DNA of 64,000 bases, taken from contig JABBBT010000057.1 of assembly GCA_018607365.1 (NCBI GenBank), forward strand, positions 29,122 to 93,121. The letters are read 5' to 3'. The notes under the pieces are model-generated. The model worked only from the letters and a program-made list of their open reading frames with translations, was not told the origin of the DNA and did no database searches. Below, one piece after another: positions 38,385 through 50,001 of this stretch. The translations under genes were made by a program, and so were the position numbers. The stretch comes from SAR86 cluster bacterium (GTDB taxonomy: Bacteria > Pseudomonadota > Gammaproteobacteria > Magnimaribacterales > D2472). Within the stretch, counting starts at the first letter, position 1, and every line of letters begins with the position of its first letter.

Positions 38385-39518
38385 TTATTTAAGATTTACA
38401 GAGGATTGAACTGCGATAGCTTTATTTTGACCTATGATACCAATCTTTTCAGCTGTTGTAGCCTTTAGTCCGATTTTAGATTTTGGTATTTTTAAAATAC
38501 ATGAAAGGCTCTCTATTATTGAGTCTCTATGTGGTGATATTTTTGGTGATTCACAAATTATAGTTGCGTCAATATTGTAGATTTCTAGATTTAAGTCTTT
38601 AATTTTTTCTAAGCAAAATTTAATAATATTTTTGCTATCTAATCCTTTGTTGGATTCATCTTTATCAGAGAAAAATATTCCAATATCTCCTAAGGCTGAA
38701 GCTCCTAATATAGAGTCTGCTATTGAATGAAGAAGAACATCACCATCAGAGTGAGCTTCTATCTCATATTCACATTTAAGAAAATACCCACCTATTAATA
38801 TCCCCTTTCCTGATTTATATGTATGGAGATCGAAACCCGTTCCAGTTCTTGTAACAAACTTATTTAAAAGTTCTAGATCTTCTATATGTGTGATTTTGAT
38901 ATTCGAAGACCTGCCTTGAATTCTAGAAATAATTAAATTTTTTGATTCCATGACGAATGACTCATCTGGAATGGCTGTATCCAAAGAAATTAATGAATTT
39001 AATGACGGTTTCAATTTATCTATTTTTGAAATTTGAGGGGTTTGAACAAGATAATAATCTGTTTTATCCTCAGTTAAGTTTTCATGAACATTTTTTATCG
39101 AATCAACTACTGGAATATAAAATATGGAACAATCTGAATTTGATCGCATAATCTCATTATAAATATTAGTAATGTCGCCTTCATTAATATTTGGTCTTGC
39201 TGCATCGTGAGTAATCACATATTCAAAATTTTTAACCTCATCATGGTTTAAAGCATTTTTAACTGATTCAGCACGGGTCTTTCCACCTTTAACTAAAACC
39301 ACCTTTGGGTGATTAAAAAAAGCTTGTTGAGTTATATATGGGTCCGAATCCGATATTGGAATGATAATTTTAGCAACCAAGTGACAGTCCAAGAATGGCT
39401 GGACAGACGATTCAATAACAGTGTTTCCATTTAAGTATTCATATTGTTTAGGTTTATTTTTTCCAAACCTTTGTCCAATGCCGGCTGCTGGAATTATTGC
39501 TAGTAGCTTATTACTCAT
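38385..39518 (-). CDS. ispDF: bifunctional IspD/IspF (MEP cytidylyltransferase / MEcPP synthase)
   Basis: The N-terminal half carries IspD motifs (AIIPAAGIGQRFG, THDAARP). The C-terminal half is IspF (RTGTGFDLH..., EAHSDGDVLLHSIADSILGA). It is one uninterrupted 377-aa frame. Confidence 0.9.
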   Translation of the reverse strand: MSNKLLAIIPAAGIGQRFGKNKPKQYEYLNGNTVIESSVQPFLDCHLVAKIIIPISDSDPYITQQAFFNHPKVVLVKGGKTRAESVKNALNHDEVKNFEYVITHDAARPNINEGDITNIYNEIMRSNSDCSIFYIPVVDSIKNVHENLTEDKTDYYLVQTPQISKIDKLKPSLNSLISLDTAIPDESFVMESKNLIISRIQGRSSNIKITHIEDLELLNKFVTRTGTGFDLHTYKSGKGILIGGYFLKCEYEIEAHSDGDVLLHSIADSILGASALGDIGIFFSDKDESNKGLDSKNIIKFCLEKIKDLNLEIYNIDATIICESPKISPHRDSIIESLSCILKIPKSKIGLKATTAEKIGIIGQNKAIAVQSSVNLK

Positions 39519-39813
39519 CTTGTGCTTTTACCTCATTCTCAAATGAAATGAACTCCTCATCTGGGTATGAAAGGTTAAGTTTTTCCCTTGCAAAATTTTC
39601 AACATGTTCATTAGATTTTTGAGCATTTTCAATTTCAAATTCTAAAATATCATTCTGATTTTTTAAATCATTATTCTTTATAATTTGTAAGTTGTTCGCT
39701 TCTACAAGAAGAGATTTTTGCTGATAGTTATTTATACCAAAAAAAATACTATTTAATAAGATTATTATGAGCAATATTAAAAAAGCGGCTAATAAATAGA
39801 AAAGTCGATTCAT
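39511..39813 (-). CDS. ftsB: cell division protein FtsB
   Basis: 100 aa with an N-terminal TM helix and coiled coil; eno-ftsB-ispD position. Confidence 0.8.
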   Translation of the reverse strand: MNRLFYLLAAFLILLIIILLNSIFFGINNYQQKSLLVEANNLQIIKNNDLKNQNDILEFEIENAQKSNEHVENFAREKLNLSYPDEEFISFENEVKAQDE

Positions 39814-41087
39814 TTAGAAATATTAAGTTCTATATTCTCCTCTTCAATCCATAGAAGCCGGTTATATTTTGCAACCCTATCAGATCTACAGGGAGCGCCA
39901 GTTTTGATTTGCCCTGCACCAAGACCTACTGCAAGATCTGCAATAGTTGTGTCTTCAGTCTCTCCTGATCTATGTGAAATAATTGATTTATAATTATTTG
40001 TATTCGCCAAGTGAATTGTTTCTACTGTTTCGGTAATTGATCCTATTTGATTAAATTTAATTAAAATAGAGTTTGCTAAGCCTTCATCAATACCATTTTT
40101 AAAAATTACTTTATTGGTTACAAATAAGTCATCCCCGACTAATTGACATTTATGTCCAATTTTTTCAGTTAGTATTTTCCAACCATTGTGATCATTTTCA
40201 TCCATTCCGTCTTCAATGGATATAATTGGGTAGTTGTCGACTAGATGTTCTAAATAATCTGCAAAGGATTCAGAATTTAATGACCTTCCCTCTCCTGATA
40301 ATAGATATTGACCATCTTTAAAAAATTCACTAGCTGCACAATCCAGCGCAATAAAGACATCTTTTCCTGGTATTAGTTTTGAGTCTTCTATTGCCCTTAA
40401 AATTAATTTTATTGCATCTTCATTACTTTGTAGGTTCGGGGCAAACCCTCCCTCATCTCCAACAGCGGTTGATAGTTTTTCTGATTTTAAAATTGATTTC
40501 AAGTTCCAATAGATTTCTGAGGACCATCTCATGGCCTCCTTCATATTTGATGCTCTCTTTGGAATGATCATAAATTCTTGAATATCTATATTATTATCAG
40601 CATGCTCACCACCATTTAAAATATTAAGCATTGGCATAGGGAGATTCGGAGAAACTTGATGCCCTGTAATATCTTTATATATATCTGCAAAATGGATATG
40701 AAGAGGTATTTTTTTATTTTTGGCTGCGGCATGAGAAACAGCAAGAGAAACGGCAAGAATAGCATTAGCACCTAGACTAGATTTATCACTAGTTCCATCT
40801 AAATTGACTAATTTTTGATCAATTAATTTTTGATCTCTAGGATCAAGATTTATAAGAAGTGGGGCAATAATATCATTAATATTAGCAACAGCCTTATCGA
40901 CACCTTTGCCCATATAGAGTTCATCACCATCTCTTAATTCTAAGGCTTCTTTTGTTCCTGTTGATGCTCCACTAGGAACCATTGCACTTGCTTGAACTCC
41001 ACATCCAAGACTTACCTTACAGGAAATAGTGGGTAGTCCTCTAGAATCTAAAACTTGAATAGCCTTTATTGATTTGATCCAAGTCAT
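39810..41087 (-). CDS. eno: enolase
   Basis: 425 aa; SHRSGETED and the conserved N-terminus ([10 protein letters not shown]). Confidence 0.96.
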   Translation of the reverse strand: MTWIKSIKAIQVLDSRGLPTISCKVSLGCGVQASAMVPSGASTGTKEALELRDGDELYMGKGVDKAVANINDIIAPLLINLDPRDQKLIDQKLVNLDGTSDKSSLGANAILAVSLAVSHAAAKNKKIPLHIHFADIYKDITGHQVSPNLPMPMLNILNGGEHADNNIDIQEFMIIPKRASNMKEAMRWSSEIYWNLKSILKSEKLSTAVGDEGGFAPNLQSNEDAIKLILRAIEDSKLIPGKDVFIALDCAASEFFKDGQYLLSGEGRSLNSESFADYLEHLVDNYPIISIEDGMDENDHNGWKILTEKIGHKCQLVGDDLFVTNKVIFKNGIDEGLANSILIKFNQIGSITETVETIHLANTNNYKSIISHRSGETEDTTIADLAVGLGAGQIKTGAPCRSDRVAKYNRLLWIEEENIELNISK

Positions 41088-41092
41088 GTTTA

Positions 41093-41932
41093 TTAAAAAA
41101 TATCTAAAATGTCTTGATCTTTTATAAATACATCAAGCTCTTTTATTTGCTTTAAAAAAGGTTCCAGCATATCCAACCGAAGGGCACACGGACCATCACA
41201 TTTAGCATTATCTGGATCAGGGTGTGCTTCTAAAAAAAGACCTGCTATGCCTTGTGACATACCTGCTTTTGCTAAACTAAGAAGGTATTCCCTTCTTCCA
41301 CCAGCAGCATTTCCTAAACCTCCAGGAAGTTGGAGCGAGTGAGTTACATCAAAAATAGTAGGTTTGTTCAGGTTTTTAAGAATTTGGAAATTCAGAGTAT
41401 CAACAATTAGATTATTGTATCCAAATGAATTACCTCTCTCGCATAATGTAATTTTATTATTGCCAGCAGATTCACACTTTTCAATAATATTTTTCATTTC
41501 TGGTGCAGATAGGAATTGTGGTTTTTTAAATTGAAGAATGGAGGAGGTTTTTGCGGCAGCAACAACTAGGTCTGTCTGTCGAGCTAAGAATGCTGGAATT
41601 TGAACAACCTCACATACCTCACTGACTGGCAAAGCTTGACTGGGTTCGTGGATGTCAGTAATAGTAGCAATATTAAATTGGCTCGAAACTTCTTGTAATA
41701 TTTTTAAGCCCTCTTCTAGACCAGGTCCCCTAAAAGATGCTACTGAGCTTCTATTTGCTTTATCAAATGAGCCTTTAAAGATGTAATTAATATTTAGTTT
41801 GTCAGAAATAACTTTAAATTTTTCAGCCACTTTCATTGCTAGATCACGAGACTCTAAAACATTTACCCCACCCATCAAAGTCATGGGCTCGGCATTGCCG
41901 ATAGTAAAATCTCTTAGCTCTAAATTATTCAT
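41093..41932 (-). CDS. kdsA: 3-deoxy-8-phosphooctulonate (KDO8P) synthase
   Basis: 279 aa; [11 protein letters not shown] and [12 protein letters not shown] motifs. Confidence 0.93.
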   Translation of the reverse strand: MNNLELRDFTIGNAEPMTLMGGVNVLESRDLAMKVAEKFKVISDKLNINYIFKGSFDKANRSSVASFRGPGLEEGLKILQEVSSQFNIATITDIHEPSQALPVSEVCEVVQIPAFLARQTDLVVAAAKTSSILQFKKPQFLSAPEMKNIIEKCESAGNNKITLCERGNSFGYNNLIVDTLNFQILKNLNKPTIFDVTHSLQLPGGLGNAAGGRREYLLSLAKAGMSQGIAGLFLEAHPDPDNAKCDGPCALRLDMLEPFLKQIKELDVFIKDQDILDIF

Positions 41933-41934
41933 AG

Positions 41935-43572
<1,638 letters not shown>

Positions 43573-43642
43573 TCATGATGGGATAACAGAATAGCAGAAT
43601 AACCTTGTTAGTGAAATAATATTTTAAAAATACTTAATAAAA

Positions 43643-44701
43643 CTATAATTTTTTATAGATTCTCTTTACTCTTGATTTAATTCTGATCATTAAATCATAT
43701 GAAATAAGGTTATTTGATGAGGCCAAGTTATTGATTGAATGATTGGGTGAGAAGAATTCACACCAATCTCCAATTTCACAATCTGGTATATGACTAACAT
43801 CTACAGTAGTTACATCCATGCTTACTTTTCCAAATATTTCTGCGCCGACATTGTTAATAAAAACTTTTGTGCCATCTTTAATATGGTTGGGTAGCCCGTC
43901 TGCATAGCCACAATAAACTGTAGCAATTTTCATATCCTGAGTTGCTTCTGCGCGTCCGTCATAACCAACTCTTTGGCCTTTATTGATTTTTCTAATATTT
44001 ATTATTGGTGATCTTAGTGTCATTGCTGTTTGGAGTTCATTATTGCCGATATATCCTCCAAAAATACCTATACCAACCCTAACCCAATCCATGGATTTAT
44101 CAGGAAAATTAATTACACAGCCTGTATTTGCAATACTTTTTAAAATATCTGGATTTAGTTTTTGACATAAGCTATCAAAGTGCTCGAATTGGGTTTTGTT
44201 TGATATATCACTTGGTACGTTGGAGGCAGATAGATGCGACATCAAGGTAAATTTTTTATCTGACAAGTAAGTAGTATAAATATCAAGGAATTCATCCTCT
44301 TCAAACCCCAGCCTATTCATTCCTGTATTTATCTTAAACCATAAATTTTTATAAGAGTCATTGTCCTTAACTAAGGAGAATTGAAGACTATTATGGATTA
44401 CCAAATCCAAAGAATTATCTCTAGCCTCTTTAAAATCAGATTGTGAATAGACGCCTTGCATAAGTAAAATCTTCTTAGAAGAAATTTTTCTTATACTTAT
44501 AGCTTCTTCAAGCCTAACAACACCATAACCATCAACAATATCATCAATATCTCTGACTATATTTGAAAGGATATGGCCATAAGAATCAGACTTAATAATT
44601 GCCATAAATTTTGAAGAATCATCTAATTTTGCTTTTAAATAAGAAATATTTTTTCTTACAATTGCAGGTTCTATTATGAGCTCTGAGGTAGCCCTAGTCA
44701 T
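43643..44701 (-). CDS. alr: alanine racemase
   Basis: 352 aa; PLP-Lys context AIIKSDSYGH; dnaB-alr order as in Pseudomonas. Confidence 0.88.
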   Translation of the reverse strand: MTRATSELIIEPAIVRKNISYLKAKLDDSSKFMAIIKSDSYGHILSNIVRDIDDIVDGYGVVRLEEAISIRKISSKKILLMQGVYSQSDFKEARDNSLDLVIHNSLQFSLVKDNDSYKNLWFKINTGMNRLGFEEDEFLDIYTTYLSDKKFTLMSHLSASNVPSDISNKTQFEHFDSLCQKLNPDILKSIANTGCVINFPDKSMDWVRVGIGIFGGYIGNNELQTAMTLRSPIINIRKINKGQRVGYDGRAEATQDMKIATVYCGYADGLPNHIKDGTKVFINNVGAEIFGKVSMDVTTVDVSHIPDCEIGDWCEFFSPNHSINNLASSNNLISYDLMIRIKSRVKRIYKKL

Positions 44702-46080
44702 TAGAAATTACTAGAGTAGTCGTCTGAATATCCATCATTAGCAAAATTCTCAAAACGAGTATATTCCTTTAGGAAGGTCAGGTTGACCGTACCAATAGGA
44801 CCATTCCTTTGTTTGCCAATAATTATCTCAGCTTTATTTCCCTGATCAGAATCTTCATTATAAACCTCATCTCTATATATAAATAAGATTACATCTGCAT
44901 CCTGCTCAATAGCTCCAGAATCTCTTAGATCTGCCATGATTGGCCTTTTGTTGGGTCTTTGTTCTACGGCCCTATTGAGCTGTGAAAGTGCTATAACGGG
45001 TACCTGCAGCTCTTTAGCTAAAGATTTTAATGATCTAGATATTTCTGATATTTGATTGACCCTATTTTCTGAGGATGTCGGAAGTTGCATTAGCTGAAGA
45101 TAGTCAACAACAATCAAGGAAAGACCATGCTCTTCTTGTCTTGCAAGCCTCCTGGCTTTTGCTCTCAACTCCATGGGCGACAGTAAAGAGCTATCATCAA
45201 TCCAAAGCGGAAGGTTCTTTAACCTTTCCCCTTCTTGAAGTAAAAGTTTTAATTCATTGTCTTTAAGCTGGCCAGATCTTACATTTTGCTGATTTAACTT
45301 ACACATACCTGAAAGCATTCTTGTGGTAAGTGACTCTCCCGGCATTTCCAAACTAAAAATTAAAACAGCGCCTTTTGTATCCCTATCCACTAAAACATTT
45401 TCAGCTAAATTCATAGCTAAAGATGTTTTACCCATACTAGGCCTTCCCGCAACAACAATTAAATCTCCATTCTGAATGCCTTGAAGTTTTGTATCTAAAT
45501 CTTTAAAGCCAGTTGAGGATCCAATCAGCCCACCTTTCTTTTCTGATAACTCATGAAGCCTATCCATGGTCTTTGGAATAAGTGATTTCATTGACTCCAT
45601 GCTGTCATTATCTTGAGATGACTCATCATTTAAAGCAAAAATCATGCTCTCAGCTTTATCCAAAAGCGCTAAACCATCTTGCCCTTGTGGGTTATTAATA
45701 AGTTCTGAAATTTCTGAATTAGTCTTAATCAGCTTTCTGGTGATGGATCTCTGTCTTATTATTTCAGCATAGGCTTCTAAATTAGCAGCAGATGGGGTGG
45801 TTGTTGCTAACTCTATTAGATAGTCTTTACCACCAACTTTATTTAAAGAATTTTTATTATCTAATTTCTCTGAAACTGTTAATGGGTCTAATGGCTTATT
45901 TTCTTCAATCAACTCTGCCATTGATTGGAAAATAATTTGATGATCTTTTCCATCAAAATCATTATCTTTGATGACTTGTATTACTGTATCAAATCTATGG
46001 GTTTCAAGCATAAGGCCACCCAAGACAGCTCTTTCTGCTTCTCTAGCTTGCTCGTTTTGATTTATTAATGAGTCAGACAT
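44701..46080 (-). CDS. dnaB: replicative DNA helicase DnaB
   Basis: 459 aa; Walker A GRPSMGKTS, and LSQLNR / RDSGAIEQDAD motifs. Confidence 0.96.
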   Translation of the reverse strand: MSDSLINQNEQAREAERAVLGGLMLETHRFDTVIQVIKDNDFDGKDHQIIFQSMAELIEENKPLDPLTVSEKLDNKNSLNKVGGKDYLIELATTTPSAANLEAYAEIIRQRSITRKLIKTNSEISELINNPQGQDGLALLDKAESMIFALNDESSQDNDSMESMKSLIPKTMDRLHELSEKKGGLIGSSTGFKDLDTKLQGIQNGDLIVVAGRPSMGKTSLAMNLAENVLVDRDTKGAVLIFSLEMPGESLTTRMLSGMCKLNQQNVRSGQLKDNELKLLLQEGERLKNLPLWIDDSSLLSPMELRAKARRLARQEEHGLSLIVVDYLQLMQLPTSSENRVNQISEISRSLKSLAKELQVPVIALSQLNRAVEQRPNKRPIMADLRDSGAIEQDADVILFIYRDEVYNEDSDQGNKAEIIIGKQRNGPIGTVNLTFLKEYTRFENFANDGYSDDYSSNF

Positions 46081-46118
46081 TGGAATATGATTTTTACATC
46101 ATATTTTAAAATATACAA

Positions 46119-46565
46119 CTACTCAGCTAATACTTTTACAGTTACTTCAGCTGAAACTTCTGGATGTACGCTGATAGTAATAACGTGCTCACCAGTTTCT
46201 TTAATAGGTCCGTCAGGTAGTTGAACTTCACTTTTATCAATTTCAACACTTACTGCTAGGAATGCTTCAGCAATCTCTCTAGTACCAACAGAACCATATA
46301 ATGCACCTTCTTCAGTGACTGGGACAGCAATCTCACAAACAGAACCCTGAATTTCTTCTGATCTAGCTTGAGCTCTAGTTAGTTGATCTGCAGATGCTGC
46401 AGCTAGCTCATCTTTTCTTGCTTCTACTTCAGCAATATTTTTACCACTTGCAAAAGCAGCCTTTTTTTGGGGTATTAAGAAGTTTCTAGCATAACCAGAG
46501 TTAACCTCAACAACATCTCCAATTTCACCTAATCTTTGTATCTTATCTAATAGTATAATTTTCAT
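46119..46565 (-). CDS. rplI: 50S ribosomal protein L9
   Basis: MKIILLDKIQRLGEIGDVVEVNSGYARNFLIPQ N-terminus. Confidence 0.95.
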   Translation of the reverse strand: MKIILLDKIQRLGEIGDVVEVNSGYARNFLIPQKKAAFASGKNIAEVEARKDELAAASADQLTRAQARSEEIQGSVCEIAVPVTEEGALYGSVGTREIAEAFLAVSVEIDKSEVQLPDGPIKETGEHVITISVHPEVSAEVTVKVLAE

Positions 46566-46569
46566 AATC

Positions 46570-46764
46570 TTACTGGTGCATGTCCGTGTATGGTAAAAGT
46601 GCTAAGAATCTAGCAATCTTAATTGATTTAGTAACTTTTCTTTGGTTCGAAGCAGAAACGCCAGTCACTCTAGCTGGAATAATTTTTCCAGTTTCAGTAA
46701 TAAATGGTCTTAAAGCATCAGTATTTTTATAGTCAAAATTCTTGGGTAAATCATATTTACTCAT
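46570..46764 (-). CDS. rpsR: 30S ribosomal protein S18
   Basis: Track ORF trimmed to ATG 46764, 1 nt after the rpsF stop. Carries the [14 protein letters not shown]...LLPYTD signature. Confidence 0.9.
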   Translation of the reverse strand: MSKYDLPKNFDYKNTDALRPFITETGKIIPARVTGVSASNQRKVTKSIKIARFLALLPYTDMHQ

Positions 46765-46765
46765 A

Positions 46766-47179
46766 TTACACTTCCCCTTTTGTATTAGCTGAATCGTCAG
46801 CTTTTGTTTCTTTAGATTCAACTTTTACATCTTCATTTATAGACTCAGGTTTCTTATTCTTAGATTCTGTGAACAAACTTGAGTCTTCGCTTGAATGCTC
46901 TTTCACAACTAAAAATAAATGACGAATTATTGATTCGTTATATTTAATTTTTGTCTCAATTTCAAGAAGTTTTGATGGATCACCTTCAAGATTAAAAATA
47001 ATGTAATGCCCTTTGTTATGGTTATTAATTGAGTATGCTAATTGCCTTCTTCCGATATCTTCTGTCTTAACAATACTAAATGAATTATCTTTTAGTAATT
47101 TATCAAAATCTTTTAGGAAGTCATCAACTTTTGTTGATAGATTTGGGTTTAATATTATGACCGCTTCGTATTTATTCAT
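46766..47179 (-). CDS. rpsF: 30S ribosomal protein S6
   Basis: [20 protein letters not shown], and an acidic/charged C-terminal extension. Confidence 0.93.
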   Translation of the reverse strand: MNKYEAVIILNPNLSTKVDDFLKDFDKLLKDNSFSIVKTEDIGRRQLAYSINNHNKGHYIIFNLEGDPSKLLEIETKIKYNESIIRHLFLVVKEHSSEDSSLFTESKNKKPESINEDVKVESKETKADDSANTKGEV

Positions 47180-47260
47180 TATTTGCCTTTTGGTTATAGA
47201 TTTAAGCTTTAATTAGCCTAAACCAAGGAAAATGCATTCTAAAGCAATTAATTTTAGTTA

Positions 47261-48487
47261 TCAATACTCACTTTTAACTATTTTTAAAAGTTTGGTTAAC
47301 CAGCTTTGGCCCTGTTCAGCTATAAGGCCATCGCTCATTTGTTTGTAACCATGGTCAACAAGACCAATTGATGTGGCATATATTGGATTCTGAAGAATAC
47401 TTTCCATTCCAGAGAACTTGTTAGGAATTCCTAATCTTACAGACGTCTGAAAAATTGATTCAGCCAATTCAACGACCCCCTCCATCTTTGATGTTCCGCC
47501 AGTGAAGACAACTCCAGCTGAGATTTTGTCCTCAAATCCATTTCTAGTAATCTCGGCTTTTACTAACTCAAATAATTCTGTGTATCGAGGTTGAACAATA
47601 TCAGCCAAGGATGTTCTAGATAGTTCTCTTGTTGGCCTACCGCCGACTCCTGGAACTTCGATACTTTCATCTTCTTTTGTAAATTCTGCAACAGCACACC
47701 CGTGTTTTTGCTTGATCTCTTCTGCTTGCGGTGTCGGTGTTCTTAATGCCTGAGCAATATCACTAGTAACTTGATCTCCTGCAATAGGTATAACTCCTGT
47801 GAAGACTATTGAGCCTGAATTAAAAATTGCTATGTCAGTTGTCCCTCCGCCAATATCTACTAAGCAAACGCCTAGTTCCTTTTCATCTTCAGATAAAATG
47901 GAATGTGAGCTTGCTAATTGCTCAAGAACAAATCCATCAACAGCTAAACCGCAGTTTTTTATGCATTTTTCAATATTTTTTATGGCGCTGTTAGCACAAG
48001 TAACCAAATGGACCTTAGCCTCTAGTCTTACGCCGGCCATTCCTAGAGGATCAAGACTTACCTCTTGGTTATCAATAACATACTCTTGAGGAAGAACATG
48101 CAATACATTTTGATCTGATGGGATTGATACTGCCTGAGCTGAGTCAATAACTCGATCAATATCAAAAGGTGTCACCTCTTTATCTTTAATACCGACAGCA
48201 CCCTGAGAATTTAAGCTCTTTATATGATTTCCAGCTATGCCCACATATACAGAATTTATTTTTTCTTCAATCATTGATTGAGCCTGTTCAACTGCTTTCT
48301 TTATAGCATCTGTTGTGGCATCTATATTGACTACTACACCTTTCTTCAAGCCACTTGATGGATAGGATCCTAAAGAGATAATCTCTAACTTGTTAGATTC
48401 ATTATATTTACCAACAATACAAACAACCTTTGATGTACCTATATCTAGGCCAACAACCATATTAGAATTTTTTGTATTATTAGCCAT
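47261..48487 (-). CDS. ftsA: cell division protein FtsA
   Basis: 408-aa actin-like ATPase (VGLDIGTSKV, DIGGGTTD) with a C-terminal amphipathic helix (WLTKLLKIVKSEY). Confidence 0.95.
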   Translation of the reverse strand: MANNTKNSNMVVGLDIGTSKVVCIVGKYNESNKLEIISLGSYPSSGLKKGVVVNIDATTDAIKKAVEQAQSMIEEKINSVYVGIAGNHIKSLNSQGAVGIKDKEVTPFDIDRVIDSAQAVSIPSDQNVLHVLPQEYVIDNQEVSLDPLGMAGVRLEAKVHLVTCANSAIKNIEKCIKNCGLAVDGFVLEQLASSHSILSEDEKELGVCLVDIGGGTTDIAIFNSGSIVFTGVIPIAGDQVTSDIAQALRTPTPQAEEIKQKHGCAVAEFTKEDESIEVPGVGGRPTRELSRTSLADIVQPRYTELFELVKAEITRNGFEDKISAGVVFTGGTSKMEGVVELAESIFQTSVRLGIPNKFSGMESILQNPIYATSIGLVDHGYKQMSDGLIAEQGQSWLTKLLKIVKSEY

Positions 48488-49112
48488 ATTTTAGAGCCAC
48501 TCCATCTTTGTATCTAAGATCTATTATCTTAGGTATTTTTCTTTTCTCATACAAGTAATTCAATGTATCTTTTGTGTTTTTAATCTTTATGCTGTCTATT
48601 TTTTTACCTAGTTTTATTACTGAACTGTCTGTATTTATAAGCCACCCTCTTACATGATTAAAGTTAATAGAAATAAGTGCAAAATTTGTTTCTTTATATG
48701 CAGAGAAGAGATCTATTAGCAATAGAATATTATCAAGATCTTTTATATCTCCATTAATTTTAATCAAAGAAGTATTTGTAAAATCAAATTTAAATTTTTT
48801 AAGATCCTTGTCAACATAATATCTATCGTTAAGAATAAAAATTGGGACCCTATTAGATATAGAGATGTGAACTTTTTTTGAAAATGGAAGAGATCTGATT
48901 GAATAACTAGCAATCCAGTCTTGTTCTTCAAGCAACAATCTTAATTCTTTTTTTGAAATAACCAAGGATAGGCTTTCATTAAAAAAATTTTGTGAATCTA
49001 ATTCCATTCCTGATTCGTAATTAATATCAAAAACTAAATCATCAGCATTTATAAAAATATTAAATCCTATAAGAAAATAAATAGCTAAGAAATATTTAAG
49101 CAATTGATGCAT
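48480..49112 (-). CDS. ftsQ: cell division protein FtsQ (short form)
   Basis: 210 aa with an N-terminal TM helix and POTRA-like domain; ddl-ftsQ-ftsA position. Confidence 0.75.
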   Translation of the reverse strand: MHQLLKYFLAIYFLIGFNIFINADDLVFDINYESGMELDSQNFFNESLSLVISKKELRLLLEEQDWIASYSIRSLPFSKKVHISISNRVPIFILNDRYYVDKDLKKFKFDFTNTSLIKINGDIKDLDNILLLIDLFSAYKETNFALISINFNHVRGWLINTDSSVIKLGKKIDSIKIKNTKDTLNYLYEKRKIPKIIDLRYKDGVALKYG

Positions 49113-50001
49113 CTATTATCTTTTGAACAACCTCATTATAACTCAAGCCCATAAACTCTCCTGACTTAGGAACACAGCTATGTGAAGTCATTCCAGGACT
49201 AGAATTTAATTCTAAAAAATAAAAGTCTCCATCGCTATTCTCAAGAATATCAACCCTAGCCCATCCGGAACACCCTAAAGCTTGGTAGGAATTTTTAGCA
49301 AAGTTTTTAATATTATTAACCCACTCATCACCATAATTTGCCTCAACTAAATCAGTATCATTGGATATGTATTTTGCATCATAGTCATAAAAACTATTTA
49401 CAGTTTTGATCTCTATAGGAGGCAAAACTAGATCCCCAATAATTGTTACAGTATATTCTTTGAATTTAATTGCTTCCTCAAGAATAAATGGTCCGTTAAG
49501 AGTATTTAATTTTTCTAAGGTTTCTTTATATTCATCTTTATTCTTGATCTCAAAAATATTAACACTTGAACCATCCATGGAAGGTTTAATAAAAAAATGA
49601 TCAAAGGGAATATCTTCATAACTTCTTTTAAAACTTAAAGAATTATTTATTTGGATTGAATCAGGTGTTTTCATTCCATTTTTTCTAATTAAATTTTTGC
49701 TAATTGATTTGTTCCAGCTATGAGAACAAGATTCTGCATTAGAGCCTGTATATGGAATTCCAATTGATTCAAGCCTTTTCTGTAATGCGCCACTTTCTCC
49801 CTCTTCTCCATGAAGAGCAATGAAAATAAAGTCAAAATTAATAAGAGCATGCAAATCATCAATGTCATTGATATCAAACTTTTTAGACTCATAGCCAAGT
49901 TCAATAATTGCGTCGAAGACTCTTTTACCGCTCTCTATGGAGACTTCTCTTTCCCCAGATGAACCCCCATAAAGCACTGCAATTTTATTTATACTTTCCA
50001 T
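49096..50001 (-). CDS. ddl: D-alanine--D-alanine ligase
   Basis: 301-aa ATP-grasp enzyme; LHGEEGESG and ELNSSPGMTSHS motifs. Confidence 0.93.
   Translation of the reverse strand: MESINKIAVLYGGSSGEREVSIESGKRVFDAIIELGYESKKFDINDIDDLHALINFDFIFIALHGEEGESGALQKRLESIGIPYTGSNAESCSHSWNKSISKNLIRKNGMKTPDSIQINNSLSFKRSYEDIPFDHFFIKPSMDGSSVNIFEIKNKDEYKETLEKLNTLNGPFILEEAIKFKEYTVTIIGDLVLPPIEIKTVNSFYDYDAKYISNDTDLVEANYGDEWVNNIKNFAKNSYQALGCSGWARVDILENSDGDFYFLELNSSPGMTSHSCVPKSGEFMGLSYNEVVQKIIDASIA

Noticed and set aside
30975-39518. The possibility that the window is alphaproteobacterial, because of the INS-less ProRS and the fused IspDF.
   Set aside because: Long-range gene order (isc-ndk-rlmN-rodZ-ispG-hisS-yfgM-bamB-der, aspS-yebC...ybgC-tol-pal, and rsmI-rnpB-mraZ) and the LexA box type are all characteristically gammaproteobacterial. 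The two genes are reported as individual anomalies instead.
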